Positions 51,935 through 61,492 of a stretch of 64,000 nucleotides of DNA are shown here, one piece after another. The position numbers were made by a program, and so were the translations under genes. Below the pieces are notes generated by a model. The model made no database searches and had not been told where the DNA came from. It was given only the letters and a program-made list of their open reading frames with translations. The stretch is from the NCBI GenBank assembly GCA_051750845.1, contig JBNJKC010000002.1:31910-95909 (forward strand). The letters are read 5' to 3'. The stretch comes from Pseudomonadota bacterium. Lineage in GTDB: Bacteria > Pseudomonadota > Gammaproteobacteria > Enterobacterales > Alteromonadaceae. Positions within the stretch are counted from its first letter, which is position 1. Every line of letters starts with the position of its first letter.

Positions 51935-54700
51935 ATGGCCACATCTGTTCCCGAAAATCCGTTTATTCTCGTTGATGGTTCCTCTTATTTGTTTCGCGCC
52001 TTTCATGCGCCACCGCACTTAACCAATTCCAAAGGCGAGCCAACCGGCGCTGTTTATGGCGTTGTTAATATGCTGAGAAGCTTATTGAAACGCTATAAAC
52101 CCAGCCATATGGCGGTTGTTTTCGATGCGAAAGGTAAAACCTTCCGTAGTGACATCTACCAGGAGTACAAAGCAAACCGTCCGCCAATGCCCGATGACTT
52201 ACGCACACAAATTGAACCTCTGCATGAAATTGTGAAAGCAATGGGGCTGCCGCTGTTATGCATTGACGATGTTGAAGCGGATGATGTTATTGGCACTCTC
52301 GCCCGACAGGCTGGAGAAAAAGGGCGCTTTACGTTAATTAGTACCAGTGACAAAGACATGGCACAGCTGGTAAATGAACATGTCATGCTGATTAACACGA
52401 TGACTGACACTTTGCTGGATCCTGAAGGCGTTGAGAAAAAGTTCGGCGTGAAGCCGGAGCAGATCATTGATTATTTAGCGCTAATGGGCGACAGTTCCGA
52501 TAATATTCCGGGGCTGCCAAAAGTTGGCGAAAAGACTGCACAGGCAATGTTGCAACAAATTCCAAGCATTGATGCCATTTATGAAAATGTCGATGCGGTA
52601 AGCGAGCTGTCATTTCGCGGCGCGAAAACCATGCCGGCGAAACTGAACGAGTATAAAGATCAGTTGCTTATGTCCCGGGAGTTGGCAACCATTAAGCTTG
52701 ATGTGGCTATGGAATTGCAGCCGGACGAGCTGACCATACAAACTGCAGACAGCGAAAAGTTAGCTGAGTTATATAGCCGATGTGAATTCCGCCGTTGGCT
52801 TGGTGAGCTTATGGAAAGCGGGGCGGCAACTGACCAGGCTTTAGGGAAAACAGAAGGCGAAAAGCCAGTCAGCGACATTAACCAGGACGCTTACCGTGTT
52901 TTAATGACGGAAAAGGAAGTAAGTGACTATTTAGCCTCACTTAAGAAATGCGACTACTTTGCCTTTGATACCGAAACAACCAGTTTGAACTATATGCAGG
53001 CGGAACTTGTCGGTGTGTCATTGGCGATGGCACCCGGCGAAGCGGTCTACATTCCAGTTGGCCATGACTATATGGAAGCCCCGGAGCAAGTCGGGCGCGA
53101 CTGGTTGCTAGAGCAGTTGAAGCCTTTACTCGAAGCGGACAAACCGCAGAAGGTAGGGCAAAACCTTAAGTACGACGCACATATTTTGCGTCGTTATAAA
53201 ATTCGTTTAGGCGGTATTTTAAACGACACCATGCTGGCATCTTACGTATTTAACAGTGTCGGCTCCCGCCATGACATGGACACCTTGAGCCTGCATTACC
53301 TGAACCACAAGACGATCAGCTTTGAAGAGATTGCCGGTAAAGGCGCTAAGCAGCTGACCTTTAATCAAATCGATCTTGAACAGGCGGGTCCCTACGCGGC
53401 TGAAGATGCAGACATTACGTTCCGATTGCATGATGTCTTGTGGAATAAGGTCAAAGATGTTGGCAGCGAGCTACATAGTGTACTGACTGATATTGAAGTA
53501 CCGTTAGTTCCCGTACTGTGCGATATGGAACAATATGGTGTCCGTATTGATGCTAATTTACTTGGTAAACAGAGTCAGGAAATTACAGAGAAGCTCGACG
53601 CTTTAGAGAAAAAAGCTTTTGAGATTGCCGGTGAGGAGTTTAACCTAGGTTCAACCAAGCAGTTGCAACGCATTTTCTTCGAGAAGCTGGAGCTTCCGGT
53701 TGTTAAAAAGACTCCGAAAGGGGCACCATCAACGGCGGAGGAAGTTTTGCATGAGTTAGCGCATGACTATCCTTTACCGGATGTTATTTTACAGCACCGA
53801 AGTTTGTCGAAGTTAAAGTCAACTTATACCGATAAGCTGCCGAAGATGATCAACCCGGACACCGGCCGGGTGCACACCTCCTATCAGCAGGCGGTCACGG
53901 CAACCGGACGTTTGTCTTCCACTGATCCGAACTTACAGAATATTCCTATTCGTACCGCCGAAGGTCGCCGGGTGCGTCAGGCCTTTGTTCCGAAGCAAGG
54001 CTATAAAATAGTTGCTATCGATTACAGCCAGATTGAGCTGCGCATTATGGCGCACCTGTCGCAGGATGCGTCTTTATTAAAAGCTTTTGCTGACGGTCTG
54101 GATATTCACCGGGCAACGGCCGGGGAAGTGTTCGGTTGCAAAGCCGATGAGGTAACTGATGACCAACGCCGCCAGGCCAAGGCGGTCAACTTTGGCTTAA
54201 TTTACGGCATGTCTGCTTTTGGCCTTGCGCGTCAGTTGGGTATTGCCCGCCATGAAGCTCAACATTATATGGATAAGTACTTTGAGCGTTTCCCCGGTGT
54301 GCTGCGCTACATGGAAGATACTCGTAAACAGGCAAAAGAGCAGGGATACGTTAAAACCCTATTTGGGCGTCGCCTGCCTTTGCCGGATATAAAAGCCAGC
54401 AACGGAGCTCGCAGAAAAGGTGCGGAACGGGCTGCTATTAATGCGCCGATGCAGGGAACCGCGGCGGATATCATTAAAAAAGCGATGCTGAAAGTTGCTG
54501 ACTGGATTGATAGCAACCAGTGCCAGGATGACGTACGTATGTTAATGCAGGTTCACGATGAGTTGGTCTTTGAGATAAAAGAGGCCAGGTTGGATGATTA
54601 TATTGCACAATTAACAGATGTCATGGAAAAAGCCGCAAGCCTTGATGTGCCGCTTATTGCAGAGGCGGGTAAAGGCAATAATTGGGACGAAGCGCATTAA
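51935..54700 (+). CDS. polA: DNA polymerase I
   Basis: LVDGSSYLFRAFH 5'-3' exonuclease; FDTETT 3'-5' exonuclease; DYSQIELR; QVHDELVFE. Confidence 0.99.
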   Translation: MATSVPENPFILVDGSSYLFRAFHAPPHLTNSKGEPTGAVYGVVNMLRSLLKRYKPSHMAVVFDAKGKTFRSDIYQEYKANRPPMPDDLRTQIEPLHEIVKAMGLPLLCIDDVEADDVIGTLARQAGEKGRFTLISTSDKDMAQLVNEHVMLINTMTDTLLDPEGVEKKFGVKPEQIIDYLALMGDSSDNIPGLPKVGEKTAQAMLQQIPSIDAIYENVDAVSELSFRGAKTMPAKLNEYKDQLLMSRELATIKLDVAMELQPDELTIQTADSEKLAELYSRCEFRRWLGELMESGAATDQALGKTEGEKPVSDINQDAYRVLMTEKEVSDYLASLKKCDYFAFDTETTSLNYMQAELVGVSLAMAPGEAVYIPVGHDYMEAPEQVGRDWLLEQLKPLLEADKPQKVGQNLKYDAHILRRYKIRLGGILNDTMLASYVFNSVGSRHDMDTLSLHYLNHKTISFEEIAGKGAKQLTFNQIDLEQAGPYAAEDADITFRLHDVLWNKVKDVGSELHSVLTDIEVPLVPVLCDMEQYGVRIDANLLGKQSQEITEKLDALEKKAFEIAGEEFNLGSTKQLQRIFFEKLELPVVKKTPKGAPSTAEEVLHELAHDYPLPDVILQHRSLSKLKSTYTDKLPKMINPDTGRVHTSYQQAVTATGRLSSTDPNLQNIPIRTAEGRRVRQAFVPKQGYKIVAIDYSQIELRIMAHLSQDASLLKAFADGLDIHRATAGEVFGCKADEVTDDQRRQAKAVNFGLIYGMSAFGLARQLGIARHEAQHYMDKYFERFPGVLRYMEDTRKQAKEQGYVKTLFGRRLPLPDIKASNGARRKGAERAAINAPMQGTAADIIKKAMLKVADWIDSNQCQDDVRMLMQVHDELVFEIKEARLDDYIAQLTDVMEKAASLDVPLIAEAGKGNNWDEAH

Positions 54701-54715
54701 TTTTACGATTTTTGT

Positions 54716-54742
54716 GAACTTTATAAAAAGGGTCTAGTCACA
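54716..54742 (+). promoter_or_regulatory. Putative sigmaE-type promoter
   Basis: GAACTT (54716-54721), 16 nt, then TCACA (54738-54742). The established sigmaE consensus is GAACTT-N16-TCAAA. Confidence 0.55.
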
Positions 54743-54746
54743 ATAA

Positions 54747-54823
54747 GTGAGGGCATTAATCCTCCCTCACAAAATTGTTCTCCCTGGATTACTTTTGGCC
54801 CGGCTTTTTAGTCGGGCTTTTTT
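54747..54823 (+). ncRNA. Candidate ~77-nt sRNA at the Spot 42/ErsA position downstream of polA
   Basis: Upstream promoter motif; 5' hairpin GTGAGGG/CCCTCAC; pyrimidine-rich single-stranded middle; terminator GCCCGGCT/AGTCGGGC plus 6 U. Confidence 0.6.
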
Positions 54824-55739
54824 ATTGCTCTTTCTGCGGAATGCCGGCCAGGCCGGGACGACCCTTACGGTTGGCAAACCATACGCCAACAAGAATTGCC
54901 AACATACCAATACCTTGTTGTAACCAGAATGCTTCACCGTCAAGTACGCCCAGCAAAACGGCAACCACCGGAATGAGATAAGTGACTGAACTGGTAAACA
55001 CCGTATTGGTTAATTGCACAACGTGGTTAAAAATAACCAAAGCGCCGGCCGTTCCGGCAATACCCAAAGCTAAAACAGAGAACAGCGATAACATAGCGTC
55101 GGGTTGTTGAACCTGTGCTATAAATTCTGTGCCAGCAAACAAATAGACAGTAGCAGGAACCGCAGCCATGAGTAGCGATATACCTGTGATGGTTAACGGT
55201 GATAAGTCACTGATTTTATGTTTAATCAGGTTCAGGTTAAGGCCGTAACAAACCGTTGCTGCCATGACTAACAAAGCATAAAGGTTGAAGTCCCAACTGC
55301 CATTGGCGGAAGCGGTAACTAAAAGCAGAGTACCAAAGAGGCCTATACCGACACCGATAACCTGTGCTACTCGCGCCTTTTGATGGAAGAATAAAGAACC
55401 GATAACCAGAGTGGCTATGGGGGTTAAGGCATTCAGAACCCCAGTGACACCACTGGCCAATTGAGTTTGTGCTATTGCGAACATAAAAGCCGGAATTAGG
55501 CTGCCAACCAGACCAACACTGGCCAATTTCAGCCAATGCTTGCGGGTGATTTTGTTCAGGCGGCGAGCTATAAAGGGGGCTAGCACGATACCGGCCGAAC
55601 TAATGCGTAGAGCCCCAACTTCCATTGGCCCAAAAGCGAGTAGACCCTTTTTAATTAATAAAAAAGAGCTACCCCAAATTAATGCGAGTAACCCTAATAA
55701 TAACCAGGCGCTAAGCGGTGGTGTGTTATTCGTTGTCAT
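54822..55739 (-). CDS. DMT/EamA family transporter
   Basis: Ten hydrophobic segments; [10 protein letters not shown]; two EamA repeats; TYLIPVVAV. Confidence 0.92.
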   Translation of the reverse strand: MTTNNTPPLSAWLLLGLLALIWGSSFLLIKKGLLAFGPMEVGALRISSAGIVLAPFIARRLNKITRKHWLKLASVGLVGSLIPAFMFAIAQTQLASGVTGVLNALTPIATLVIGSLFFHQKARVAQVIGVGIGLFGTLLLVTASANGSWDFNLYALLVMAATVCYGLNLNLIKHKISDLSPLTITGISLLMAAVPATVYLFAGTEFIAQVQQPDAMLSLFSVLALGIAGTAGALVIFNHVVQLTNTVFTSSVTYLIPVVAVLLGVLDGEAFWLQQGIGMLAILVGVWFANRKGRPGLAGIPQKEQ

Positions 55740-56346
55740 ACTCTTTGCTATACCACTGGTTGAGTTTCTCTTCGACTTGCTCGACGCCGAAGCGTTTTAA
55801 TGAGGAAAATGCTTCGACCTGAACGTCACCATTAAAGGCAATTGCAGCTTGTCTTGCTTTTAACACCGTTGACTTACGAGCGCCCTGTTTAAGTTTGTCG
55901 GCTTTGGTGAGCAATACCAGTACCGGCAACTCACAATCAACAGCCCAGTAAATGAGTTCCTGATCGGTTTCGCGGAAAGGGTGACGGATGTCCATTAGTA
56001 CGACAATACCCTTGAGGCTGTCTCTTTGCTGAAGGTATTCGCTTAAAGAACGCTGCCACTTCTCTTTTACGGCCAGTGGCACCTTGGCAAAGCCATACCC
56101 TGGTAAGTCAATAAGGCGTTGACCGCTGTCGAGTTCGAACACATTAATTAGCTGGGTTCGTCCTGGAGTTTTACTGGTACGAGCCAGTGATTTTTGCCGC
56201 GTTAGTGTATTCAGAGCGCTGGATTTACCGGCATTAGAACGGCCGGCGAACGCAATTTCGATGCCTGTGTCCGGAGGCAGTTTGCTGATATCCGGTGCAC
56301 TGGTCACAAATTTTGCCGATGCGTAATCTAATTGCTGATCTGCCAC
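55726..56346 (-). CDS. engB: Ribosome biogenesis GTPase YihA/EngB
   Basis: [27 protein letters not shown]. Start placed at GTG 56346 (uncertain; the ORF track starts at 56424). Confidence 0.96.
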   Translation of the reverse strand: MADQQLDYASAKFVTSAPDISKLPPDTGIEIAFAGRSNAGKSSALNTLTRQKSLARTSKTPGRTQLINVFELDSGQRLIDLPGYGFAKVPLAVKEKWQRSLSEYLQQRDSLKGIVVLMDIRHPFRETDQELIYWAVDCELPVLVLLTKADKLKQGARKSTVLKARQAAIAFNGDVQVEAFSSLKRFGVEQVEEKLNQWYSKEYDNE

Positions 56347-56541
56347 TATTAAGGTCACTTTTATTGATAAAACGGAACGTCTACGTGCATTATGAAGTAT
56401 CCGGACAGTATCTCCAATGATCATTTAGCAATTGATTCGGTTTTAATCGTTTAATCCACACAAGTTTTGTGTAAAATAGCAACCTGCTTAAGGTGATTTA
56501 TTGGGGCGCGTGGCGCCATCCAGAACAGAAGAGAAGCAAAC

Positions 56542-57168
56542 ATGAAAAAATTCGCAATCTTTTTGGGACTTTTCTTCGGTACCGCCGGTATCGCAGTAGC
56601 ACAAAGCGGCGATGCTGAAGCCGGAAAAGAGAAATCGCAAGTTTGTGCGGCTTGCCATGGACCCAATGGTGAATCTCCGACCGATATGTATCCGCATTTG
56701 GCCGGCCAGCACGAAAAATATCTGCTTAAACAGCTGAAGGATTATAAGCTGGCTCAGGAAAGCGGCGGTGAAGAAGGTCGTAACAATCCAATTATGATGG
56801 GTCAGGTTGCGTCATTATCTGAACAAGATATGGCTGACTTAGCGGCTTTCTTCGCATCACAGGAGGAGCCGAAAGGCGAAACGGCTGAAGATATTATTGC
56901 ACAAGGGCGTGACCTTTACCGTCGTGGCAACCCTGAAACGAATATGCCGTCTTGTGCAGGCTGCCATGGTCCTCGGGGAAATGGTATGGGGTTAGCGGCA
57001 TTTCCGGATATCTCCGGTCAGCACGCGGCTTACACTAAGTCTCAACTAGAAATGTTCCGTAGCGGCGAACGTGCTAACGATCCAAACGGAATGATGCAGG
57101 GCGTGACAGAAAAAATGACAGACGACGAAATCGAGTTGCTGTCTAAGTTCTTGAGTGGCTTGTACTAA
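56542..57168 (+). CDS. Diheme cytochrome c4
   Basis: Signal peptide, two CXXCH motifs (CAACH, CAGCH), YPHLAGQH and M ligands; divergent from engB. Confidence 0.93.
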   Translation: MKKFAIFLGLFFGTAGIAVAQSGDAEAGKEKSQVCAACHGPNGESPTDMYPHLAGQHEKYLLKQLKDYKLAQESGGEEGRNNPIMMGQVASLSEQDMADLAAFFASQEEPKGETAEDIIAQGRDLYRRGNPETNMPSCAGCHGPRGNGMGLAAFPDISGQHAAYTKSQLEMFRSGERANDPNGMMQGVTEKMTDDEIELLSKFLSGLY

Positions 57169-57187
57169 ACAGAGCTTAATCAAATAG

Positions 57188-57211
57188 AAAGCGGCTTAGG
57201 CCGCTTTTTTT
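57188..57211 (+). terminator. Cytochrome c4 terminator
   Basis: AAAGCGGC-TTAG-GCCGCTTT plus a T-run. Confidence 0.85.
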
Positions 57212-57311
57212 GTTCTTAATAAGAATAATTTAGAACCTTTCAGAGCTTATTCAGGAGTTTTAGTTCCCCATCGCTCATAGTTCATGCACCGTTTAGTAAA
57301 AGGTGCGAGAT

Positions 57312-60300
57312 ATGAGCGTCATAAAGTCCAGTCATAAAAATCCGTTTGCCACTGTAGTGGTATTTCTCATAGTTATTATTCTCGGTACGACCGCATTAAT
57401 TAATTTACCTATCCAATTGATGCCTAACATCGAGAAACCTGTCATTACTGTCATGAACTTTTGGCGGTCAGCTGCGCCAGAGGAAATGGAATCAGAAATT
57501 GTCGAACCGCAGGAAGAAATCATAAAGAACATTGTTGGGGTTGAATCGATAGAGACCTCCGTGCGCAATGGCTTTTCATTCACTACGATAGAGTTCAATT
57601 TGCAGCAAGATATGCAGCAAGGCTTTATTAATGTGATAAACGCACTGAATCAAGTGCAGGGAATGCCGCTCGAGGCCAGCGAACCAATGACGATTCTTGG
57701 GGAGTACCAAGCTGGCACAGCAACAATGATGATTCGTAAGTTGGGCGAAAACGAGACTAAAGACTTCACTGAGTACCAAGAGCTCATAAAGCACAAAGTC
57801 GCACCAAGGCTTCGCAATATTCCGGGAGTCACCAACGTTAGCTTGGCAAGCTACTTGACCAATCAACTGCAAGTTACTTTTGACCCGTATAAGTTAGCGG
57901 CTTTGGGCATTACTGTGCCTGAGCTAATGGGAAGAGTCACCGAGTCAAAAGACTTCTCTGGCGGTTTTGCTGATGTCGGACGTCGAGAGTATTCGGTAAG
58001 ATACCAAGGGCAGTTTTCTCCCGAAGAGCTTGAGCATTTGGTTGTATCACACAATGATGGGCGGCCAGTGTATCTTGGGGAAGTTGCGGACGTTGTTTTA
58101 GGGTTTGAAAAGCAATACAACTTTATCTATCGAAACTCTCAGCCTGGCTTTTACATCTCTCTGGACGCTTCTAAGCAAGCCAACACAATAGAAATATTTG
58201 AACACTTAAACAAAGTGATTGCTGAGCTTAACGAGCAAGAGTTGAACCCTCGTGGCTTAGATATGGTTTTGAGCTTCGATTCGTCTTCAGTGATCAAGCG
58301 CGCTATAAACTTAGTACAAAACAACTTGAGTATCGGCATTGCCCTCGCGTTGCTAATGCTTTATTGGATGATACGTGGCGCTCGTTCCACGATGCTAATT
58401 AGCATCACAATTCCCGTGTCATTGAGTGCAGCATTGTTGGGTTTGAGCTTCCTGGACCGCTCGTTGAATATTATTTCTCTGGCAGGTTTGGCGTTTTCCA
58501 CTGGCCTGGTATTGGATGCAGCGATTGTTGTTCAAGAAAATATTGTTCGACTTCGACAGCAAGGTCTTGAGTTGAAAAAGGCTGTTATTCAGGGGGCACA
58601 AGAAGTTTCTCGCGCATTGTTTGCTGCGACAGTAACGACCGTTGCTATTTTCTTGCCGGTTATTTTTATGGGAGGCATTGCAGGCCAGTTATTTTATGAC
58701 CTTGCTGTGACAATGAGTATTGCGGTCGTGGCCTCAACGCTAACAGCACTTTTATTGCTACCTGTGGTCGCTGCTTTTGTTCTCAAAGAATCTGAAAAAC
58801 AGACGAAACCCCTCGCTGTTTGGACTAAGTTATCTTCTGTCTATCAACGGTACTGCCGTACACCAAAGCAGATAATGGCATGGGCTGTTGGGTTAGGCCT
58901 TAGTTCTTTACTTTGTATTCTGTTGCTAATGCCAAAAACAGACTTTCTTCCTGAAGCTAAGTTCGAAGGTATTATCGCAGTACTTCAAACGCCTCCGTCA
59001 ACAAACTACCGAATTTTAGAACAGGAGTTAGCTAGAGAGCTTATTGAGCGGTTGGAGCCGTACCGCAACGGTGAGAAGTCTCCTCAAATTAAAGATTTTA
59101 ACCTAACCATGAGCTCTGGAGGTAAAGCGATTTTCATCTACCCCAGGGATCCGTCTAAGTCTGCGGAGCTATTGAGCGCTATTCGGCAGGATGTATTAAC
59201 CGGTCTACCTGACACCAAGGGCTTTGCTTTTAACATGTCGTTGATTAACTCAGTAAAAGTAGGGTCAGGTCGTAGCGTCTATATGGACTTCACCGGGCAA
59301 CTGGATGACACCACTCAGCTCGTTATAGAACGCACTATGAAACTAATAGCTGACCGCATTCCGGAATCATATGTGCGACGAGTGCCTAATGCACAGGCAG
59401 TCCAGGCAGAGCTACAAATCACACCAAATAACTATGCCATAGCAAACTCCGGGCTCACTCGTAATCAAGTTGGCCAAGTCATACGCAGTATGACGGACGG
59501 GCAGTTTGTTGGAGAGCATTACGACGGCATTTTAAGACGTGACGTCATTGTCAAGACCCTTCCATGGAGCACTCCGGAAGAGCTAGCGGCAATGCCAATT
59601 TATACGCCGAACAGTGGCATTCAAACTATTGATCAATTGACTGAGCAAAATAGAACTGTCTCGGCTACCGAGTTGCGTCGAATTGATGGTCAACGAGCGC
59701 TTACCATAGGTGTGACTCCTCCAGACGATTTTTCGCTCGAGGACACCATCAAAATTCTTCGTGAGCTGAAATTAGAAGCTGAGCAGCAATTGTCGAACCA
59801 GACCTTTATAAGCCTAAGCGGGGGGGCTGACGATTTAAAAGAGACTGTTAATACCATGGTCACGAATTTTGCATTTGCGATTTTAATATTGCTGTTAATT
59901 ATGGCGGCAATATTCCGCTCGGTTATCGACAGCCTGTTGGTGTTGCTAACGACTCCTATCGCTATCGCTGGGGGGACATTAGGCCTTTGGGTGTTGAATT
60001 TATTTAAGTTTCAGCCGCTTGACCTACTGACAATGATTGGGTTTGTCATTCTACTTGGTTTGGTGGTTAATAACGCCATTCTAATGATTGAGAAAACTCG
60101 CCAAGCTCAGCGTGAAGGCCTAACCATCGGCGATGCTATCTCTGAAGCAATAGCACAGCGAGTAAGACCCATTTATATGAGTTCATTGACGTCTGTTGTC
60201 GGGATGTTGCCCTTAGCCCTTATTCCTGGTGCTGGTAGTGAATTATACCAAGGGTTAGCGGTGGTTATTTTGAGTGGTATGGCGATAAGTACTTTATTTA

Positions 60301-60422
60301 CGGTATTTGCAATCAGCGCATTGCTCTACATAGCAGAGCGTCTATTCCCTAAACATTTCCTTTTGAATACTAGTGAGCTAGGCGGTTTACCTAAAACGAA
60401 CCCACTGAGAGGTGACTTATGA
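57312..60422 (+). CDS. RND efflux transporter permease subunit (AcrB/AcrD/AcrF family)
   Basis: About 1036 aa with two large periplasmic loops; GLVLDAAIVVQENI (TM4), GLVVNNAILMIE, RVRPIYMSSLT. Start placed at ATG 57312 (GTG 57303 possible). Confidence 0.93.
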   Translation: MSVIKSSHKNPFATVVVFLIVIILGTTALINLPIQLMPNIEKPVITVMNFWRSAAPEEMESEIVEPQEEIIKNIVGVESIETSVRNGFSFTTIEFNLQQDMQQGFINVINALNQVQGMPLEASEPMTILGEYQAGTATMMIRKLGENETKDFTEYQELIKHKVAPRLRNIPGVTNVSLASYLTNQLQVTFDPYKLAALGITVPELMGRVTESKDFSGGFADVGRREYSVRYQGQFSPEELEHLVVSHNDGRPVYLGEVADVVLGFEKQYNFIYRNSQPGFYISLDASKQANTIEIFEHLNKVIAELNEQELNPRGLDMVLSFDSSSVIKRAINLVQNNLSIGIALALLMLYWMIRGARSTMLISITIPVSLSAALLGLSFLDRSLNIISLAGLAFSTGLVLDAAIVVQENIVRLRQQGLELKKAVIQGAQEVSRALFAATVTTVAIFLPVIFMGGIAGQLFYDLAVTMSIAVVASTLTALLLLPVVAAFVLKESEKQTKPLAVWTKLSSVYQRYCRTPKQIMAWAVGLGLSSLLCILLLMPKTDFLPEAKFEGIIAVLQTPPSTNYRILEQELARELIERLEPYRNGEKSPQIKDFNLTMSSGGKAIFIYPRDPSKSAELLSAIRQDVLTGLPDTKGFAFNMSLINSVKVGSGRSVYMDFTGQLDDTTQLVIERTMKLIADRIPESYVRRVPNAQAVQAELQITPNNYAIANSGLTRNQVGQVIRSMTDGQFVGEHYDGILRRDVIVKTLPWSTPEELAAMPIYTPNSGIQTIDQLTEQNRTVSATELRRIDGQRALTIGVTPPDDFSLEDTIKILRELKLEAEQQLSNQTFISLSGGADDLKETVNTMVTNFAFAILILLLIMAAIFRSVIDSLLVLLTTPIAIAGGTLGLWVLNLFKFQPLDLLTMIGFVILLGLVVNNAILMIEKTRQAQREGLTIGDAISEAIAQRVRPIYMSSLTSVVGMLPLALIPGAGSELYQGLAVVILSGMAISTLFTVFAISALLYIAERLFPKHFLLNTSELGGLPKTNPLRGDL

Positions 60423-61492
60423 TTATTACTAAACGTATTACATTCACGGCATTATTAACGGCCTTGTTATTTAGCGTTATTGCGGAAGCGGATAACGCGC
60501 CGGTGGTATCTGTCGCCGCGGTAGAAGAAACTCGGTTGAGTCCGGCTGTTCGTGTTACTGGTCATGTGCAGTCACGATATCAAACCGAACTGTCTAGCGG
60601 TGTTGCAGGAGTTGTAGACTGGACAGCCGAAGAGGGCAAACATGTAAAACAAGGAGACGCTGTTGCAAAACTGGATACTACGCAATTGAAGCTCACCGAG
60701 CAGCGTCTTGCTGTGCAGGTAAAGCGACAAAAGGTAGAGCTGAATCGGCTAATGCAGGAGTATAATCGGTTAACCCGTTTAAAGAGCAGCAACTTAGTAT
60801 CTGAGCAAGTACTTGAAGGAGCAAAAGTGGATAAAGAGTTAGCTGAAGCCGACTTGCAATTATTGATGCTAGAACAACAGCAGGCGCAAGATAGCTTAAA
60901 CAAAGCTCTGGTAAAGGCTCCGTTTTCTGGCATTATCGCTAAGCGCTATGTGCGGGCAGGGCAAGCCGTAGGAAGCACCTCCGAGTTGATAAAGTTAGTC
61001 AGCCTCAAAGAGCTAGAAGTAAAGTTACACGGACCACTAAGCTATAGTCGTTATCTCGATTCTAAATACGCTGTTGAAGTTCACTTTAGTGATGGTCGAA
61101 CGCTATTACCGGTGCGAGCTGTTGTTGCTGTGAGTGACGAGCGTTCGCAGACATTCACAGCTTATCTTGACATTCCTAAACAGCAACTGAGCCGCTTTGA
61201 CATTGGACAAGTTGTCAGTGTCAGTGTTCCTAGTGCTAAGGAAGAAAACTATGTTTCCGTGCCGCGTGACGCTCTTGTTATCAAGTCATCAGGATACTTC
61301 GTGTATAAACTTGATAGCGAGAACAAAGCACATAAAATTTCGGTAGAGGTGACACAAGGCGTGGGTGAGCGCGTGGGAGTCACAGGAAACTTAGATATAG
61401 GAGAGAAAGTTATTGTCCGCGGTGCTGAAACACTTCGCGACGGGACGGTAGTTAAAATACTGACAGCTCATGAGTTTCCTTTGGCGAGCTAA
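60419..61492 (+). CDS. RND efflux periplasmic adaptor (membrane fusion protein)
   Basis: Signal peptide, lipoyl halves around a coiled coil, VKAPFSGII, VPRDAL, GEKVIVRG; ATGA-coupled to the RND gene. Confidence 0.93.
   Translation: MIITKRITFTALLTALLFSVIAEADNAPVVSVAAVEETRLSPAVRVTGHVQSRYQTELSSGVAGVVDWTAEEGKHVKQGDAVAKLDTTQLKLTEQRLAVQVKRQKVELNRLMQEYNRLTRLKSSNLVSEQVLEGAKVDKELAEADLQLLMLEQQQAQDSLNKALVKAPFSGIIAKRYVRAGQAVGSTSELIKLVSLKELEVKLHGPLSYSRYLDSKYAVEVHFSDGRTLLPVRAVVAVSDERSQTFTAYLDIPKQQLSRFDIGQVVSVSVPSAKEENYVSVPRDALVIKSSGYFVYKLDSENKAHKISVEVTQGVGERVGVTGNLDIGEKVIVRGAETLRDGTVVKILTAHEFPLAS

Noticed and set aside
57212-57222. GTTCTTAATAA, identical to part of the Tn7-like end repeat and also right after a terminator U-tract
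   Set aside because: AT-rich 11-mer with no tandem copy and no TGT-plus-spacer geometry; compatible with chance.
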